Positions 34,151-47,747 of a DNA stretch of 47,747 nt are shown piece by piece. The stretch comes from Octopus bimaculoides (lineage: Eukaryota): positions 16,438,517-16,486,263 of the forward strand of contig NC_069008.1 in the NCBI RefSeq assembly GCF_001194135.2, written 5' to 3'. A program made the translations under genes and the position numbers. Under the pieces are notes generated by a model, which searched no databases, was not told the DNA's origin, and saw only the letters and a program-made list of their open reading frames with translations. Position 1 is the first letter of the stretch. Each line of letters begins with the position of its first letter.

Positions 34151-35809
34151 AATGGAAGTTATATGATCAAATTGATCAGGCGACTTGTCCCGTCCAGTAT
34201 AACTCTTCCACGTCAAACGACGCAGCATTAGTTTTTCGCTATCGGAAATATTTAATCCGAGCACGCCCTGACTACAGACGATACAAGAGTTCATTAACTG
34301 AACCTGGTCGCTGACATTTTGTTGTCTGTTCATCTGCTCAGCATCTAGTTATATTCATCATTGATTCAATATGTTTCATCTCCCGAAATAATCCACACAA
34401 ATTCATCCGACTGACACTGCATTGGGCGGCACAGAACTATAGTGGAAGACAATTGCCCAAGGTACTGTTTGCACTATGGGACCGAACCTGAATCGACATA
34501 GTTGCAAAATAAGTTTCCACCCTAAATCAGTAGTTCTCATCCGAGGTGTGTGTGTGTGTGTGGGGGGGGTCCATACAAGATTTTGTTATAATTCATGTAC
34601 AATTATTTGCCTCTGTTCTTACGGTTCACAATATATCTTAACAACTTTTTCAAATAATTCCTTGGAGTGGCATTGCCGTGCAGAATGACCAACAACACGC
34701 ACTGCAAAAAAACCATCCCCACTTCGTGTGACCCATTTCTCAGGGTCACAGGAAAAAAAGTCACAATTTATGGGATCCGGACAAAACCCCACTAGAACGA
34801 AACTCACCTGGGACAACCTCCCCGCCGCGCCCAACAAAACCCCTGTGACTTTTTTTTTTTACCTGGATTCTTTTTCAGACGGGTTGCTCTTATTCCGAAG
34901 TTTGTGGAGGGAAATCACGATGCTGGGGCACAATATTTCGTCCTCTCCTCTTTCTTTTTATAAGATGTTATGGTGTTGTTCATGGAAGATTTGCCTGCTA
35001 TTTCTAGCAAGTCATGAGACTACCTAACGGCTTCATGTGTGCCGGTCGCCATCGAAATCGTCCATCGTCAGTAACTATAATATCAATATATAATATGGTT
35101 TCTATTGCCTTAAATTAATAAATTTAAGTGCTTGTAACTTTTTTATTTCTAGAAAAAAAAATTAACATAATCTTTTCTGTCGTCAACAAGAACTTCAAAA
35201 CTACATTTTTTGAGAATAATCTGGTGAAAATCTAAAAAAAAAACTTCCAAATAGTTGAAGAAATTTAGCAAGGTTATCACCGACATCAAGAAATTCTTTT
35301 TGTATTTAGAGTAAACCATCAGCTGACGTGGTTGTTACGTTCCAAACCTCACCCACGACAGGTGAAAATCCAAAGTAGAAACACTACAGTACTTTATATT
35401 TATTTTTCGTATGTGTATTTCGTGTGCAAGATTCTTGATGTGGATACGTGTGTTGAAAGAAATACAATTAAACCTTGGGAGAGGCATTATGCCGGTAATA
35501 AACACACGCACTGGTTCAGCCCTTTATTAATTTATATAGTTTTTTGTTAAATTATATCATTGCACTCTTGCAATCTCTTCAGTAACTTGTCTCTCCCAAG
35601 GTTTAATTTTATATTTATTATTATCATTATTTGTGTAGATTTATTTTATTATAAATCGACGTAGGCTTAAATAATAAACGGCGATATGGCGAGAGATTAC
35701 TGTAATTTCCAGTTTGGGTGACAATTTGTTGATTTAGATTTTGTTTGTTTGACGAAAGTTTGTAAGGAATGTTAATTGTCGAGGGCGATAATTATATTGA
35801 ACGAGAGAG

Positions 35810-36200
35810 GGGGGGAGGAGAATAGTAATTACGCTATGAAAGAGGTGGGTAGGAGAAGAGGAGAAACGGCGCTAAGATAGAGCGAGAGAGATGGAGGGAG
35901 GGTAGCAGATGCAGTAAAAAAAAAAGAGGAGGAAAGACGGAGAGGAGTAGTAAGAGGACTATGAAAGAGTAGAGAAAGGAAGAGAGTTGTAAAAACACTA
36001 TGAAGAAGGGAGGGGAGGGGGAGCAGAAACAGCGCTTTGAAAGATGGTGCAAGGTGGAGGAGTGTAGCATTAACGCTACGAAAGAGGTGGAGAGAGAGAG
36101 TAATAACTATGAAAAAAGAAGAGAGGTGGTGGGGAGTGGTAACAGTGACATGAAAGAGGGGGAGAGACAAAGGAGTTAGTAACAAGGCTTTGAAAGGGAA
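35810..36200. repeat. Purine-rich degenerate minisatellite/low-complexity tract
   Basis: Recurrent gaaagaggtgg / ggagaaac(g/a)gcgct / actatgaa units. Confidence 0.6.
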
Positions 36201-36439
36201 GAAGAGAGGAAGTTTAGGAATGTCGTTGTCAAACTAGACGAGAAAACGAATAACAACGTTTGTTGCAATGAGGTGAACATTTGTGTCATCCTTGAAGGAC
36301 GACTAATGATTTGTGCTGTGACTCTTTTTCATGGGAGAGTTGCAGGTTTGTTTAAAATCTCCAGCAGTTGTAAGTTCAGGCGGAACTTTTCACTGCTTTC
36401 AATTTGTTTGTTTAGGCGATTTGAAACTTTTGTACGTCA

Positions 36440-36710
36440 GACATCATCATCATCGTTTAACGTCCGCTTTCCATGCTAGCATGGGTTGGACGATTTGACT
36501 GAGGACTGGTTAAACCGGATGGCTACACCAGGCTCCAATCTGATTTGGCAGAGTTTCTACAGCTGGATGCCCTTCCTAACGCCAACCACTCTGAGAATGT
36601 AGTGGGTGCTTTTACGTGTCACCCGCACAAAGGCCAGTCAGGCGGTACTGGCAACGGCCACTCTCAAAATGGTGCATTTTATGTGCCACCCGCACAAGAG
36701 CCAGTCCAGG
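36440..36710 (-). mobile_element. SINE family 'A'
   Basis: catcatcatcatcgtttaacgtccgctttccatgctagcatgggttggacg...ctacagctggatgcccttcctaacgcc. Confidence 0.9.
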
Positions 36711-37289
36711 NNNNNNNNNNNNNNNNNNNNNNNNNNNNNNNNNNNNNNNNNNNNNNNNNNNNNNNNNNNNNNNNNNNNNNNNNNNNNNNNNNNNNNNNNN
36801 NNNNNNNNNNNNNNNNNNNNNNNNNNNNNNNNNNNNNNNNNNNNNNNNNNNNNNNNNNNNNNNNNNNNNNNNNNNNNNNNNNNNNNNNNNNNNNNNNNNN
36901 NNNNNNNNNNNNNNNNNNNNNNNNNNNNNNNNNNNNNNNNNNNNNNNNNNNNNNNNNNNNNNNNNNNNNNNNNNNNNNNNNNNNNNNNNNNNNNNNNNNN
37001 NNNNNNNNNNNNNNNNNNNNNNNNNNNNNNNNNNNNNNNNNNNNNNNNNNNNNNNNNNNNNNNNNNNNTGACCATCTCGTGTATCTACACCTTAGCACAA
37101 TCATGGTGTCTGATGTGGCTTTTTTAAAGCAATGTTCTGAAAATACACGCATATAGATTGCACCTCTGATTTGGACAACTAAGACCTGCAGATAAGTTCT
37201 GATCTTTCTGGATCTTAACATGTTTTTTGGGGCCTCCATTAGATTTGCAAACCTTCTGGCATACACTGCATTGAAAGGTGTGCACAGAC

Positions 37290-37860
37290 ATTTAGGCAGA
37301 ATAGTTGGTGGAGGTTCATTTTCCATACGTTCGCAGATGAGATTTGAGGCTAGAAAAAGACAGGCATGGCGTGTCACAGACTGTGCACACAAAAAGGTCG
37401 TTATCATTCACCTTCTCAATCGTCGCATTCTTCCTTAGATCTCTTTTGAGTCTTGTGTTATTCTGGCCTCTCCAAATGCTTTTACTCCAATCCATACCTT
37501 TGTTCGCCATCCACCTTGATCTGAAGCAAGGGTTTCTATATCATCTGGAACCATTCCAAGTGACTTTATAGTACTCCTTATGCCGTCCTTAAACCTTATT
37601 TTTAGGTTTACACCGATAGAGTTTCTCCTCTGCAAGCTAACTATAGAACAGCTGTTTTGGCATGCCATTCGAACAATTTGGCCACTCCATCTCAATTGGT
37701 TCCTCAAAATCATAGCTTTAACTGAGGTGATGCCTGCAGATGCAAGGACATCTGTGTTTGCAGCAAAAGAACTCCATTTAATTTTTTAAATGCGATGAAG
37801 GCATTTTTGATGGAATTGTTCTATCAGTTTAAAATGTCCCCTTCATCGGACAGTTTTCTT
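37290..37860 (-). pseudogene. RTE/BovB-type LINE ORF 3' part
   Basis: IEQFHQKCLHRI...NTDVL...NQLRWSGQIVRM...RFKD...LASDQGGWR...FVCTVCDTPCLSFSSLKSHLR shows the RTE 'QLRW.GHV.RM' motif and the terminal C2H2-like finger. Confidence 0.8.
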
Positions 37861-37936
37861 AAAACTGTCAGATGAACGAGAACGTGAAACTCTGAGTAAC
37901 AGCTTTTTGTTACATTTCTGATGCTTTTAAATAAAG

Positions 37937-37968
<32 letters not shown>

Positions 37969-38709
37969 AAAAACAAATGATAAATGAGTATATGCATATA
38001 TACGTACAGGTATGTGCATACCTATGTCTACCTGTATATATAGGTGCATATCTGGGTACAGGACATTGCAAACAAAACGTAGACAAGAAAATAATAATAA
38101 CCAGAGTACAGAAAACACACAAGCCACATAGAGAACATTTTCCTTCATCAGCTACCCCCGTTTTAACACTGGCGTTTCGAAGAGTTAGGCAAGACGCATC
38201 GTTAAAACGGCTCTTCCCATGGACTGCAAATTAAATTTGTATACACAAATTAAACCTGTGCCATGGAGGAATGTAGTGGCGGACAAAAAACAAGACAGGA
38301 AAACAAACGGAAAAGGCTGTGCGGCCAGACGTGAAAAATTATATATATAGAGAGAGAGAAAGCTGGGTAGATGCTACATCTTCAGTCACAGGTGAATACA
38401 TATGTGGTTATATGAGATATTTTTTATTTATGGTTACATAAGACAAAGATTTTTAGAACCAAATTTGACAGTATAAACTGGAGTAAAACTGGATATAAAC
38501 AGAACAACATATCTCTGTATGTTGTAAGAGGTTACAAACATAGAATGTACTAAGAAAATAGTACCTGAAAAAAGAACGATTCTGAGTGTGATTAACGTGA
38601 AGGATTTACAGATTACTGTTAAGGCCAGAGGGCTAAGTTGTGATTTATCTGGAAAAAGATGTTAAATAGTTGGTTGTAAAGAGGTGCAATGAATTTGATA
38701 ATGACATAG

Positions 38710-39405
38710 TCACACTTTTGTATGGATAGACATATGTTTAGCTAAGTGACTGTTTTGAGAGAATGATTTACCACAGATATCACAGCGAAATGGCTTCTCC
38801 CCCGAATGAATACGTCTGTGTACAGTTAAGGCAGTTCCCCGAGAGAATGATTTGCCACAGACATCACAGTGAAATGGTTTCTCCCCTGTATGAATACGTC
38901 TATGTATCGTTAGATAGCTACTTCCAGAGAATGAATTACCACAAACATCACAGCGAAATGGCTTCTCTCCTGTATGAATACATTTGTGTACAGTTAAGCC
39001 AGTTATTTGAGAGAATGAATTACCACAAATATCACAGTGAAATGGCTTCTCTCCTGTATGAACACGTTTGTGTATAGTTAAGGCAGTTCCCTGAGATAAT
39101 GATTTGCCACAGATATCACAATGAAATGGCTTCTCTCCCGTATGAATACGTTTGTGTATAGTTAAGCCACCTACCTGGGAGAATGATTTGCCACAGATAT
39201 CACAGTGAAATGGTTTCTCACCTGTATGAATACGTTTGTGAACAGCTAAATGGCTATTCCGAGGGAAAGATTTACCACAGATACCACAATGAAATGGCTT
39301 CTCTCCTGTGTGAATACGTTTGTGCTTAGTTAAGTTACCATTTAGGGAGAATGATCTACCACAGATATCACAGTGATATGTTGATTGTGGTTTCTTTTGT
39401 GACAT
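38710..39405 (-). CDS. C2H2 zinc-finger protein, 8 fingers (MSQKKPQST...HTKV)
   Basis: Intact 231-aa ORF. Putative non-coding first exon ends at 40652 (donor GTAGGT), with an acceptor at 39811. Confidence 0.92.
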   Translation of the reverse strand: MSQKKPQSTYHCDICGRSFSLNGNLTKHKRIHTGEKPFHCGICGKSFPRNSHLAVHKRIHTGEKPFHCDICGKSFSQVGGLTIHKRIHTGEKPFHCDICGKSLSQGTALTIHKRVHTGEKPFHCDICGNSFSQITGLTVHKCIHTGEKPFRCDVCGNSFSGSSYLTIHRRIHTGEKPFHCDVCGKSFSRGTALTVHRRIHSGEKPFRCDICGKSFSQNSHLAKHMSIHTKV

Positions 39406-40589
39406 CTCTTCAGAATAAGAATATATTCTTCAACTATCTTAAATAATCAATTTATCCATTATCTTACTTCAATCAACACAACATATGTGGATACAGTTTT
39501 TGTTCTTGTCCTACAGATTATTCCTAATAAATACTGCTATTGCTCTCTTTCCATCAACAGGAATCCTTCTTAATGTCTGAAAATATTCTCAGATACAATT
39601 TAAAATTATCCAAGTTCAACTTCATTACAAAAGAATCTTGTAGACATTCCAAATATTTCACAAGAGAAATGTTGCTATCAATCTCAGTTGAGAAGAAATA
39701 TTTCACTGGAATTCTGTACAATATTTTCTGTCAGTCTTTAAAAGGTGATGAATATTGATGATGTTATCTGATGGAAATGATGCTTTGATGCCAATGTCAT
39801 GTGATATTGTCTGAAATAAAAGAGAGAAACAACAGTCTAAGATAGAGAGGACACTTTGAAAAAGACAGATTAAAAACAGTTGATCACTACTAACACCAAC
39901 ATCACCACTATGTTGGTTTGGGAATGCCTATGTGATTCTAAAGACTGTGTCTCTCAAAACATGTGTATGAGCATATATATATGTGTGGGTGTAAATATAT
40001 ATGTATGTATACTAGTGGGCCCCCCCAGCTCAAAATGTATTTATTTATAAGGCACATATTGTAAAAGAAGTGATGTTCCAATAGTAGATCAATGTTAAAG
40101 CGTTTTGCAGATAGGATGAATTTGTAGCAACTGGAAAATGCATTTTGGCATAAACAGTGAGAGAAATTGAGGTTGTATTGTGGAGAACTTTTGACCCCAT
40201 CACCATTGGGGCTATTGACAGTAGTTTATCTGGATGGATACTATTTTAGAGGCTATCAGCAGGTGAGGCCATAGTCATAAAATACACTGCTACAGATTGT
40301 CCAATGAATTTGACAGGAAGTAATGTATATAACAGAATTTCGCAACACCAGTGGGTGTTTTTCTATAAATGAGAATGGCTGAAATGTGCTTATCTGTAAG
40401 AATGAAGGAACCCCACATCCCGATTTTCTGAAAAAGAGAGTATTGTATGTGTGTGGATAACCATGTGTGTGAATGACAGTATGTGTGTGAGTGAGTCAGT
40501 CTTGAACATCAAAGCGTGTGTGGTGTATCAAAACAAAACAAAAAAAAAATCTTTTTACGGATGCCAAATTACTGCATCGTTGAAGGTAA

Positions 40590-41900
40590 ACGACAATTCT
40601 ATTATTTACATAAATTTAAATAATAATTTAAATAAATCTTTGTCAACCTACCGTTCCTCCAATAGAGTCATCCAGCGCCCGATTGACAATTATTTCGAAC
40701 TCTGTATGAAGTTGTTCCCCTTTATGCATCATGTTGTTCCTCAATCCCCCGCGAGAGGGAGAAACAGGGTATATTCGATGGAAACCAAAAGTCTCCAGGG
40801 AGTCTGCAATGAGAGTGTTGAGTGGCGCTCCTTCAGCCAGTTTCCATGCCAACAGCATCGTTCTGACCTCTTCCTGCTGCCAGCATTTCTGGGATTTGAA
40901 ACGGTTACCAACACTAACGTAGCTCGCCGTACGAAGATCCATCGGTCAAACTAAAGGGTAAAGGGTTTGACCCTGTGGGAAATAAAAAAAATAAATTAGT
41001 CTAATAGGTGTAAAACAGCTTGTTGCGAACGAATATGAAGAAAAAAACGCGCGCTTGCGAATGGGGTGGGGTGGGGGAGAGGCTTCGGAAAATTCGCATC
41101 CTGAATGTTCCGAGACGCCTCATCGGAGCCAAGAAATAAAAAAAAAAATAGTGTAATAGATGTAAAACAACTTGCTCTGAACGAATATGAAAACAAAAAG
41201 AAAAAAAAAAACGCGCGCTCGCGAACGGAGGGGAGGGGCATCAGAACATTCACNNNNNNNNNNGAACGAATATGAAGGGAAAAAATAAGCGCTCGCGAAC
41301 GGGGTGGGTGGGGAGAAGGCTCGGAACATTCACATCATCACACATCACACACACACACAGAAATGGTTGTTTCACTGCAACATTTAAATCTATTACACTA
41401 TTTTTCTTTTGTTTCTTGGCTCCGATATGTAACGAGGTGAATGTTCAGAGGCCTCTCCTCACCCCACCTCGTTCGCGAGCGCCCGTTTTTTTTTTCTTCA
41501 TATTCGTTCGCAGCAAGTTGTTTTACACCTATTACACTAATTTATTTTTTTTATTTCCCACCGGGTCAAACCCTTTAGTTTCACCGATGGATCTTCGCAA
41601 GAGAGGGGAAGAAGATAGAGAGGGAGGAAGAAGTAGATAGATACCTTTTTCATTTTCAATTAGTGCTTTTAACAAGTTTTAATTAGCAACACTGTTTCTC
41701 CCTCTATCGGAGAATTAAAGAAATACATAACATATAAAGGGGAACAACTTCATACCGACTACAACGTACATCAATTAATGACTTCGATAGAATTGGTAAT
41801 CGGACACTCACTGACTCTAGTTAGCGATCGGTGAGTCGACAAAGATTTACTTGAATAATATTAAATCTGTAATAACGTTCGTTTGTAAATAATAGAATTG
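40590..41900. promoter_or_regulatory. Putative bidirectional promoter/first-exon region of the head-to-head ZNF pair, itself an imperfect inverted repeat
   Basis: 40931-41070 is the reverse complement of about 41460-41597, and 40590-40730 of about 41730-41900. Outward-facing splice donors lie at 40651 (-) and 41831 (+). The region is locally CpG-rich. Confidence 0.65.
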
Positions 41901-44148
41901 TTATTATTATGTGAACCCGTCAACGATACAGTAATCCTATACAAGTGAAAACACATAGAAAGATCGGAACAAAGATATTTGCTCCTGAAAGTCGTCGTTT
42001 TGCTGTCTTTTACCTCCAGGATAATTCTTCCAAACTGAACTGTTGATCTCTTATTTTCGAAAAGACACAATCCATTGTTACATGTGAAACGAGAAAAGGA
42101 GTCAGATTATTTTATACACCGGTTATTATCGTTTTTACTGCTCAAAATGTCAAATTCTTGTTAATAGGGCACTATTAGTCTATGTATAAAATATCTGTCT
42201 GTCTGTGAATGGTGAAGTCGTGATCGGAAACGAGGGAGAAAGTGACATGAAGCGGGAGAANNNNNNNNNNNNNNNNNNNNNNNNNNNNNNNNNNNNNNNN
42301 NNNNNNNNNNNNNNNNNNNNNNNNNNNNNNNNNNNNNNNNNNNNNNNNNNNNNNNNNNNNNNNNNNNNNNNNNNNNNNNNNNNNNNNNNNNNNNNNNNNN
42401 NNNNNNNNNNNNNNNNNNNNNNNNNNNNNNNNNNNNNNNNNNNNNNNNNNNNNNNNNNNNNNNNNNNNNNNNNNNNNNNNNNNNNNNNNNNNNNNNNNNN
42501 NNNNNNNNNNNNNNNNNNNNNNNNNNNNNNNNNNNNNNNNNNNNNNNNNNNNNNNNNNNNNNNNNNNNNNNNNNNNNNNNNNNNNNNNNNNNNNNNNNNN
42601 NNNNNNNNNNNNNNNNNNNNNNNNNNNNNNNNNNNNNNNNNNNNNNNNNNNNNNNNNNNNNNNNNNNNNNNNNNNNNNNNNNNNNNNNNNNNNNNNNNNN
42701 NNNNNNNNNNNNNNNNNNNNNNNNNNNNNNNNNNNNNNNNNNNNNNNNNNNNNNNNNNNNNNNNNNNNNNNNNNNNNNNNNNNNNNNNNNNNNNNNNNNN
42801 NNNNNNNNNNNNNNNNNNNNNNNNNNNNNNNNNNNNNNNNNNNNNNNNNNNNNNNNNNNNNNNNNNNNNNNNNNNNNNNNNNNNNNNNNNNNNNNNNNNN
42901 NNNNNNNNNNNNNNNNNNNNNNNNNNNNNNNNNNNNNNNNNNNNNNNNNNNNNNNNNNNNNNNNNNNNNNNNNNNNNNNNNNNNNNNNNCTGAAGTCTGA
43001 AATGTTAGGAAATACTTTTCCTCTAGGTTCTGCAGCCTCAATCTAAAAGTATTTTATTTTTGTCATTTCTTCCATGGCACTATCCTTCTATCTGAGTATT
43101 TCACCATATAACAGTAATGACTCACCATATCAAAGTTCACCTATGGCCGTTTATTTTTTAAGCTTACGTCAGTGCCTCTGTGGTGGTGTTTTGCATTTAT
43201 AATAAAATAAAAATATACAAGTTATAAAAATAATAAAAAAGAAGTATACAGCACAGTACTGTTTCTACTTCACGGATTTTCACCTATCACAGAACATAAC
43301 ACTCACGATAGTCAAGGGGTTACTGTACCTACTCAAATGCCTCCAACTCCCAATGTTGTTTCTTCATAATTCTTTACAAAATCCTTTTAGATCATGTATT
43401 GGGTTGGTGCATAATTATTGCGGCTTTTTTTCAACAAATTTTGAAATATTGAATTACTATTTAGCAACTTTTATTGTAAGGAAAATGGACATTACGATAT
43501 ATGCCAAAATGTGCCATATGAATATGTTTGAGCAAGGAAGCTCGCTAGTATATATACATATATATATATATATGCCCACACAAGGGGTATTTTTGAGAGG
43601 CACAGTCTTTGAAATCACATTGGCATTCCATAACCAACATAGTGGTGATGTTGGTGTTAGTAGTGATCCATTGTTTTTAATCTCTTTTTCTCAAAGTGTC
43701 CTCTATATCTTATATTGTTATTTTTCTCTTTTGTTTCAGACAATATCACATGACATTGGCATCAAAGCATTGTCTCCATCAGATAACATCATTAATATTC
43801 ATCACCTTTTAAAGACTGAAAGAAAATATTGTACAGAAGAGATTTAAGAACTCCAGAGAATTCCAGTGAAATATTTCTTCTCAACTGAGATTGATAGCAA
43901 TGTTTGGAATGTCTACAAGATTATTTTGTACTGAAGTTAAACTTGGATAATTATTGAAAGGAATCCCAGAGTCTTTTTGGATATCAAAAAGGATTACAGT
44001 TGATGGAAAGAGAGCAATAGCAATATTTGTTTGGAATAAGTTGTAGAACAAGAACAAAAATTATATCTACATATGTTTGGGTGATTGAAATAAAATAATT
44101 GACAGGACTATTTAAGTTAGTTGAAGAATATATTCTTATTCTGAAGAG

Positions 44149-45180
44149 ATGTCACAAAAGAAACCACAATCAACATATCAGTGTGATATCTGTGAAAAGA
44201 CTTTCACTCAGAAATGTAATTTAACCACTCACAGGCGTATTCACACAGGAGAGAAGCCATTTCACTGTGATATCTGTGGTAAATCATTCCCTCGAAATAG
44301 CCATTTAGCTGTTCACAAACATATTCATACAGGGGAGAAGCCATTTCACTGTGATGTTTGTGGCAAATCATTCTCACAGGTAACTGCCTTAACTGTACAC
44401 AAACGTATTCATACAGGAGAGAAGCCATTTCGTTGTGATATCTGTGGCAAATCATTCTCTTACAGTAGTGACTTAACAGTACACAAACGTGTTCATACAG
44501 GGGAAAAGCCATTTCGCTGTGATGTTTGTGGTAATTCATTCTCTGGAAGTAGCTATTTAACAGTACATAAACGTATTCATGCAAGAGAGAAGCCATTTCA
44601 CTGTGATATTTGTGGTAAATCATTCTCTTTTAATAATGGCTTCATTAATCATAGTCGTATTCATACAGGAGAAAAACCATTTCGCTGTGATATCTGTGGC
44701 AGATCTTTTTCCCTAAGTAGCAGCTTAACTACTCACAATCGTATTCACACAGGAGAGAGGCCATTTCACTGTGATATTTGTGGTAAATCATTCTCTGCAA
44801 ACAGTACCTTCATTACACACAAGCGTATTCATACTGGAGAGAAACCATTTCGGTGTGATATCTGTGGTAAATCATTCCCTTACAATACTAGCTTAATTGA
44901 TCACAAACGTATTCATACAGGAGAAAAGCCATTTAACTGTGATATCTGTGGTAAATCATTCTCCTACAGACATGTCTTGGTTAATCACAAACGTATTCAT
45001 ACAGGAGAGAAGCCATTTCGATGTGATATCTGTGGTAGATCATTCTCTCAAAGTTTCCAAATAATTCATCACAAGCGTATTCATACTGGAGAGAAGCCAT
45101 TTCGCTGTGATATCTGTGGTAAATCATTCTCTCAAAACTCTAACTTAACTAAACACATGTCTATCCATACAAAAGTGTGA
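44149..45180 (+). CDS. C2H2 zinc-finger protein, 12 fingers (MSQKKPQST...HTKV)
   Basis: Intact 343-aa ORF and paralog of 38710-39405. Acceptor tttgtttcag at 43739 and donor gtgagt at 41831. Confidence 0.93.
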   Translation: MSQKKPQSTYQCDICEKTFTQKCNLTTHRRIHTGEKPFHCDICGKSFPRNSHLAVHKHIHTGEKPFHCDVCGKSFSQVTALTVHKRIHTGEKPFRCDICGKSFSYSSDLTVHKRVHTGEKPFRCDVCGNSFSGSSYLTVHKRIHAREKPFHCDICGKSFSFNNGFINHSRIHTGEKPFRCDICGRSFSLSSSLTTHNRIHTGERPFHCDICGKSFSANSTFITHKRIHTGEKPFRCDICGKSFPYNTSLIDHKRIHTGEKPFNCDICGKSFSYRHVLVNHKRIHTGEKPFRCDICGRSFSQSFQIIHHKRIHTGEKPFRCDICGKSFSQNSNLTKHMSIHTKV

Positions 45181-45548
45181 CTATGTTAGTGTCAGAAATC
45201 ATTGCAACAATTTAACATCTTTTCTCAAATAAATCACAAGTTATCCCTGTGGTCTTAACAGTAATTTGCACAGCCTTTACTTTGATCGTACTCATCATGG
45301 TTCGTTTCTTTTTTTGAGGTACTATTTTCTGACCACATTCCTCTATTTGTAGCCCTTTTAAAAGCCTCTTAAAACATACAGAGATATGATGTTCTGTTTA
45401 TATCCAGTTTTATTCCAGTTTATACTGTCAAAATTGGTTCTAAAAGTCTTTGTGTCATGTAACCATAAATAAAAATATCTTCTATAACCATAAACGTATT
45501 CCCTTTTTACTATTATGTATATTTGTTTTTGCTTTACAGGACTCCAGT

Positions 45549-45900
45549 GGAGGTGCAATGGCCCAGTGGTTAGGGCAGTGGACTTGCGGTCGTAGGATCG
45601 CAGTTTCGATTCCCAGACCTGGCATTGTGAGTGTTTATTGAGCAAAAACACCTAAAGCTCTACGAGGCTCCGGCAGGGGATGGTGGCGAACCCTGCTGTA
45701 CTCTTTCACCACAACTTTCTCTCATTCTTACTTCCTGTTTCTGTTGTGCCTGTAATTCAAAGGGTCAGCCTTGTCACACTCTGTGTCACGCTGAATATCC
45801 CCCGAGAACTACGTTAAGGGTACACGTGTCTGTGGAGTGCTCAGCCACTTGCACGTTAATTTCATGAGCAGGCTGTTCCGTTGATTGGAGTGTCAACAAT
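45549..45900 (+). mobile_element. tRNA-derived SINE (family 'D')
   Basis: A box ggcccagtggttagg and B box gtttcgattccc, followed by a non-tRNA body nearly identical to 47439-47747. Confidence 0.9.
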
Positions 45901-46014
45901 AAAGGTGTGTACGACAATAGAAATAACAATCTGCTAGAGCGATGCTGGCAGAGAAAAGAGTTAGTCAAATCGTCCAACCCATGCTAGCATGGAAAGCGGA
46001 CGTTAAACGATGGT

Positions 46015-46290
46015 GCAAAGTCCCTTCCAGACCTAGAGTTATGTGGTGGTGGAAAAGTACTGTAGATAAAGCCATTAGAGCAAAGAAACAGGCCTGGAAG
46101 GGTGGGGGTAGCTGGGAACTGTACCAGGTAGCCAAAAGGGAGGCTGGGCAGCAGGTATACATAGCCAAGGGCAAGGCAGAAAAGAAGTTTGCCAATGTCC
46201 AGTGACGCGAAGACCAAAGAACTGAATTGTTTCAGATTGCAAGACAGTGTCTGAGAGAAAATTGTAATGTCAGGGAGACAAACTCGTTTA
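46015..46290 (+). pseudogene. RTE-type LINE ORF fragment (EN-RT linker)
   Basis: RPRVMWWWKSTVDKAIRAKKQAWK...YQVAKREAGQQVYIAK...LFQIARQ resembles the RTE 'TWWWN..V..AI..KK.A.K' motif. Confidence 0.7.
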
Positions 46291-46955
46291 ACTCCATGTT
46301 TGATGTTCAAGGTTTTTCTGTGTCTCTACGTTCAAATCATTGCCCGAGTTAATTAGGTCATCAAGTACACACTGAAAGGAAATTACCGATATTTCATGGA
46401 TAGTTATAATGGGTAAATATATTGGAACATCCGAGGCAGTTGCATCCATTTAAGGAGTATCAGTTTAGAAAACAGGTGCTGGAAAGAAATAAAAATAAAT
46501 AAAAGCAATTCCACTTTCTCACAGTAGGCGAAATCTCAGAAGGGGAGATGTGATGAGAGTTACAACACCCCCTTGTGAGAGATAGACTGGTCTGAATAAA
46601 GAGTAATGATCCAAGTGAGTTTAGAGTTTGGAGTTGAGTGAAGAAGTCGGACGGTGTTAGTTAGGTTATTACACAAAGAATAGTGATGGTTGGTTTGTAA
46701 AGAGATTTGTTACATTGTTGTGACTGTTGTCTGGTTATCTTACATTACAACAAAGATGAAGACATTTAGAAGCAATTTAGACTATATAGACTGGAATAAA
46801 ACTAGACATAAACAGAACATCATATCTGTATATTGTAAGAGGCTAAAAAAAGGGCTAGAATGCTGTCATTAGGAGTATGATTAAAATGAAGGTTTTACAC
46901 ATTACTGTAAAGGGCTGGTTGTTGATAGATGCAATGAACTTTGAGAATGACAGAG

Positions 46956-47747
<792 letters not shown>

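Noticed and set aside
38763-44623. Repetitive antisense ORFs such as [12 protein letters not shown]... (38763-39077, 44204-44623)
   Set aside because: They are shadow frames of the 84-bp zinc-finger repeat on the opposite strand.
45549-45625. tRNA genes (also at 47439 and other SINE heads)
   Set aside because: The A/B boxes continue into a shared non-tRNA body, so these are SINE heads.

Overview
AT-rich, repeat-dense eukaryotic DNA with many N gaps. The SINE families and the effector-less C2H2 zinc-finger cluster point to a coleoid cephalopod such as Octopus (inference). The window has three zones. (1) 1-7 kb: three coding exons of LSm4 with conserved intron positions, SINE-filled introns, and a nested SINE > hAT-like MITE > R2-like LINE fragment. 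(2) About 7.3-24 kb: a mosaic of decayed parasitic coding sequence in which every relic I could recognise lies on the + strand. It holds Tx1/L1-like ORF1s, two Tc1/mariner pieces, five Merlin (IS1016/IS1595-related) transposase relics from about four lineages, MULE and Helitron scraps, and frameshifted ankyrin-repeat cassettes. It ends in an endogenous parvovirus-like element whose capsid-like ORF lies upstream of, and abuts, a HUH+SF3 NS1-like gene on the same strand. That is the reverse of the usual monosense parvovirus order. (3) 25-47.7 kb: a C2H2-ZNF cluster with a 19-finger gene, a head-to-head inverted-duplicate pair (8 and 12 fingers) sharing a CpG-rich repeat-containing promoter region, and a frameshifted fourth copy, interspersed with SINEs and LINE 3' ends. 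All family assignments come from motif recognition by eye, and no database search was run. Repeat boundaries are approximate (tens of bp).
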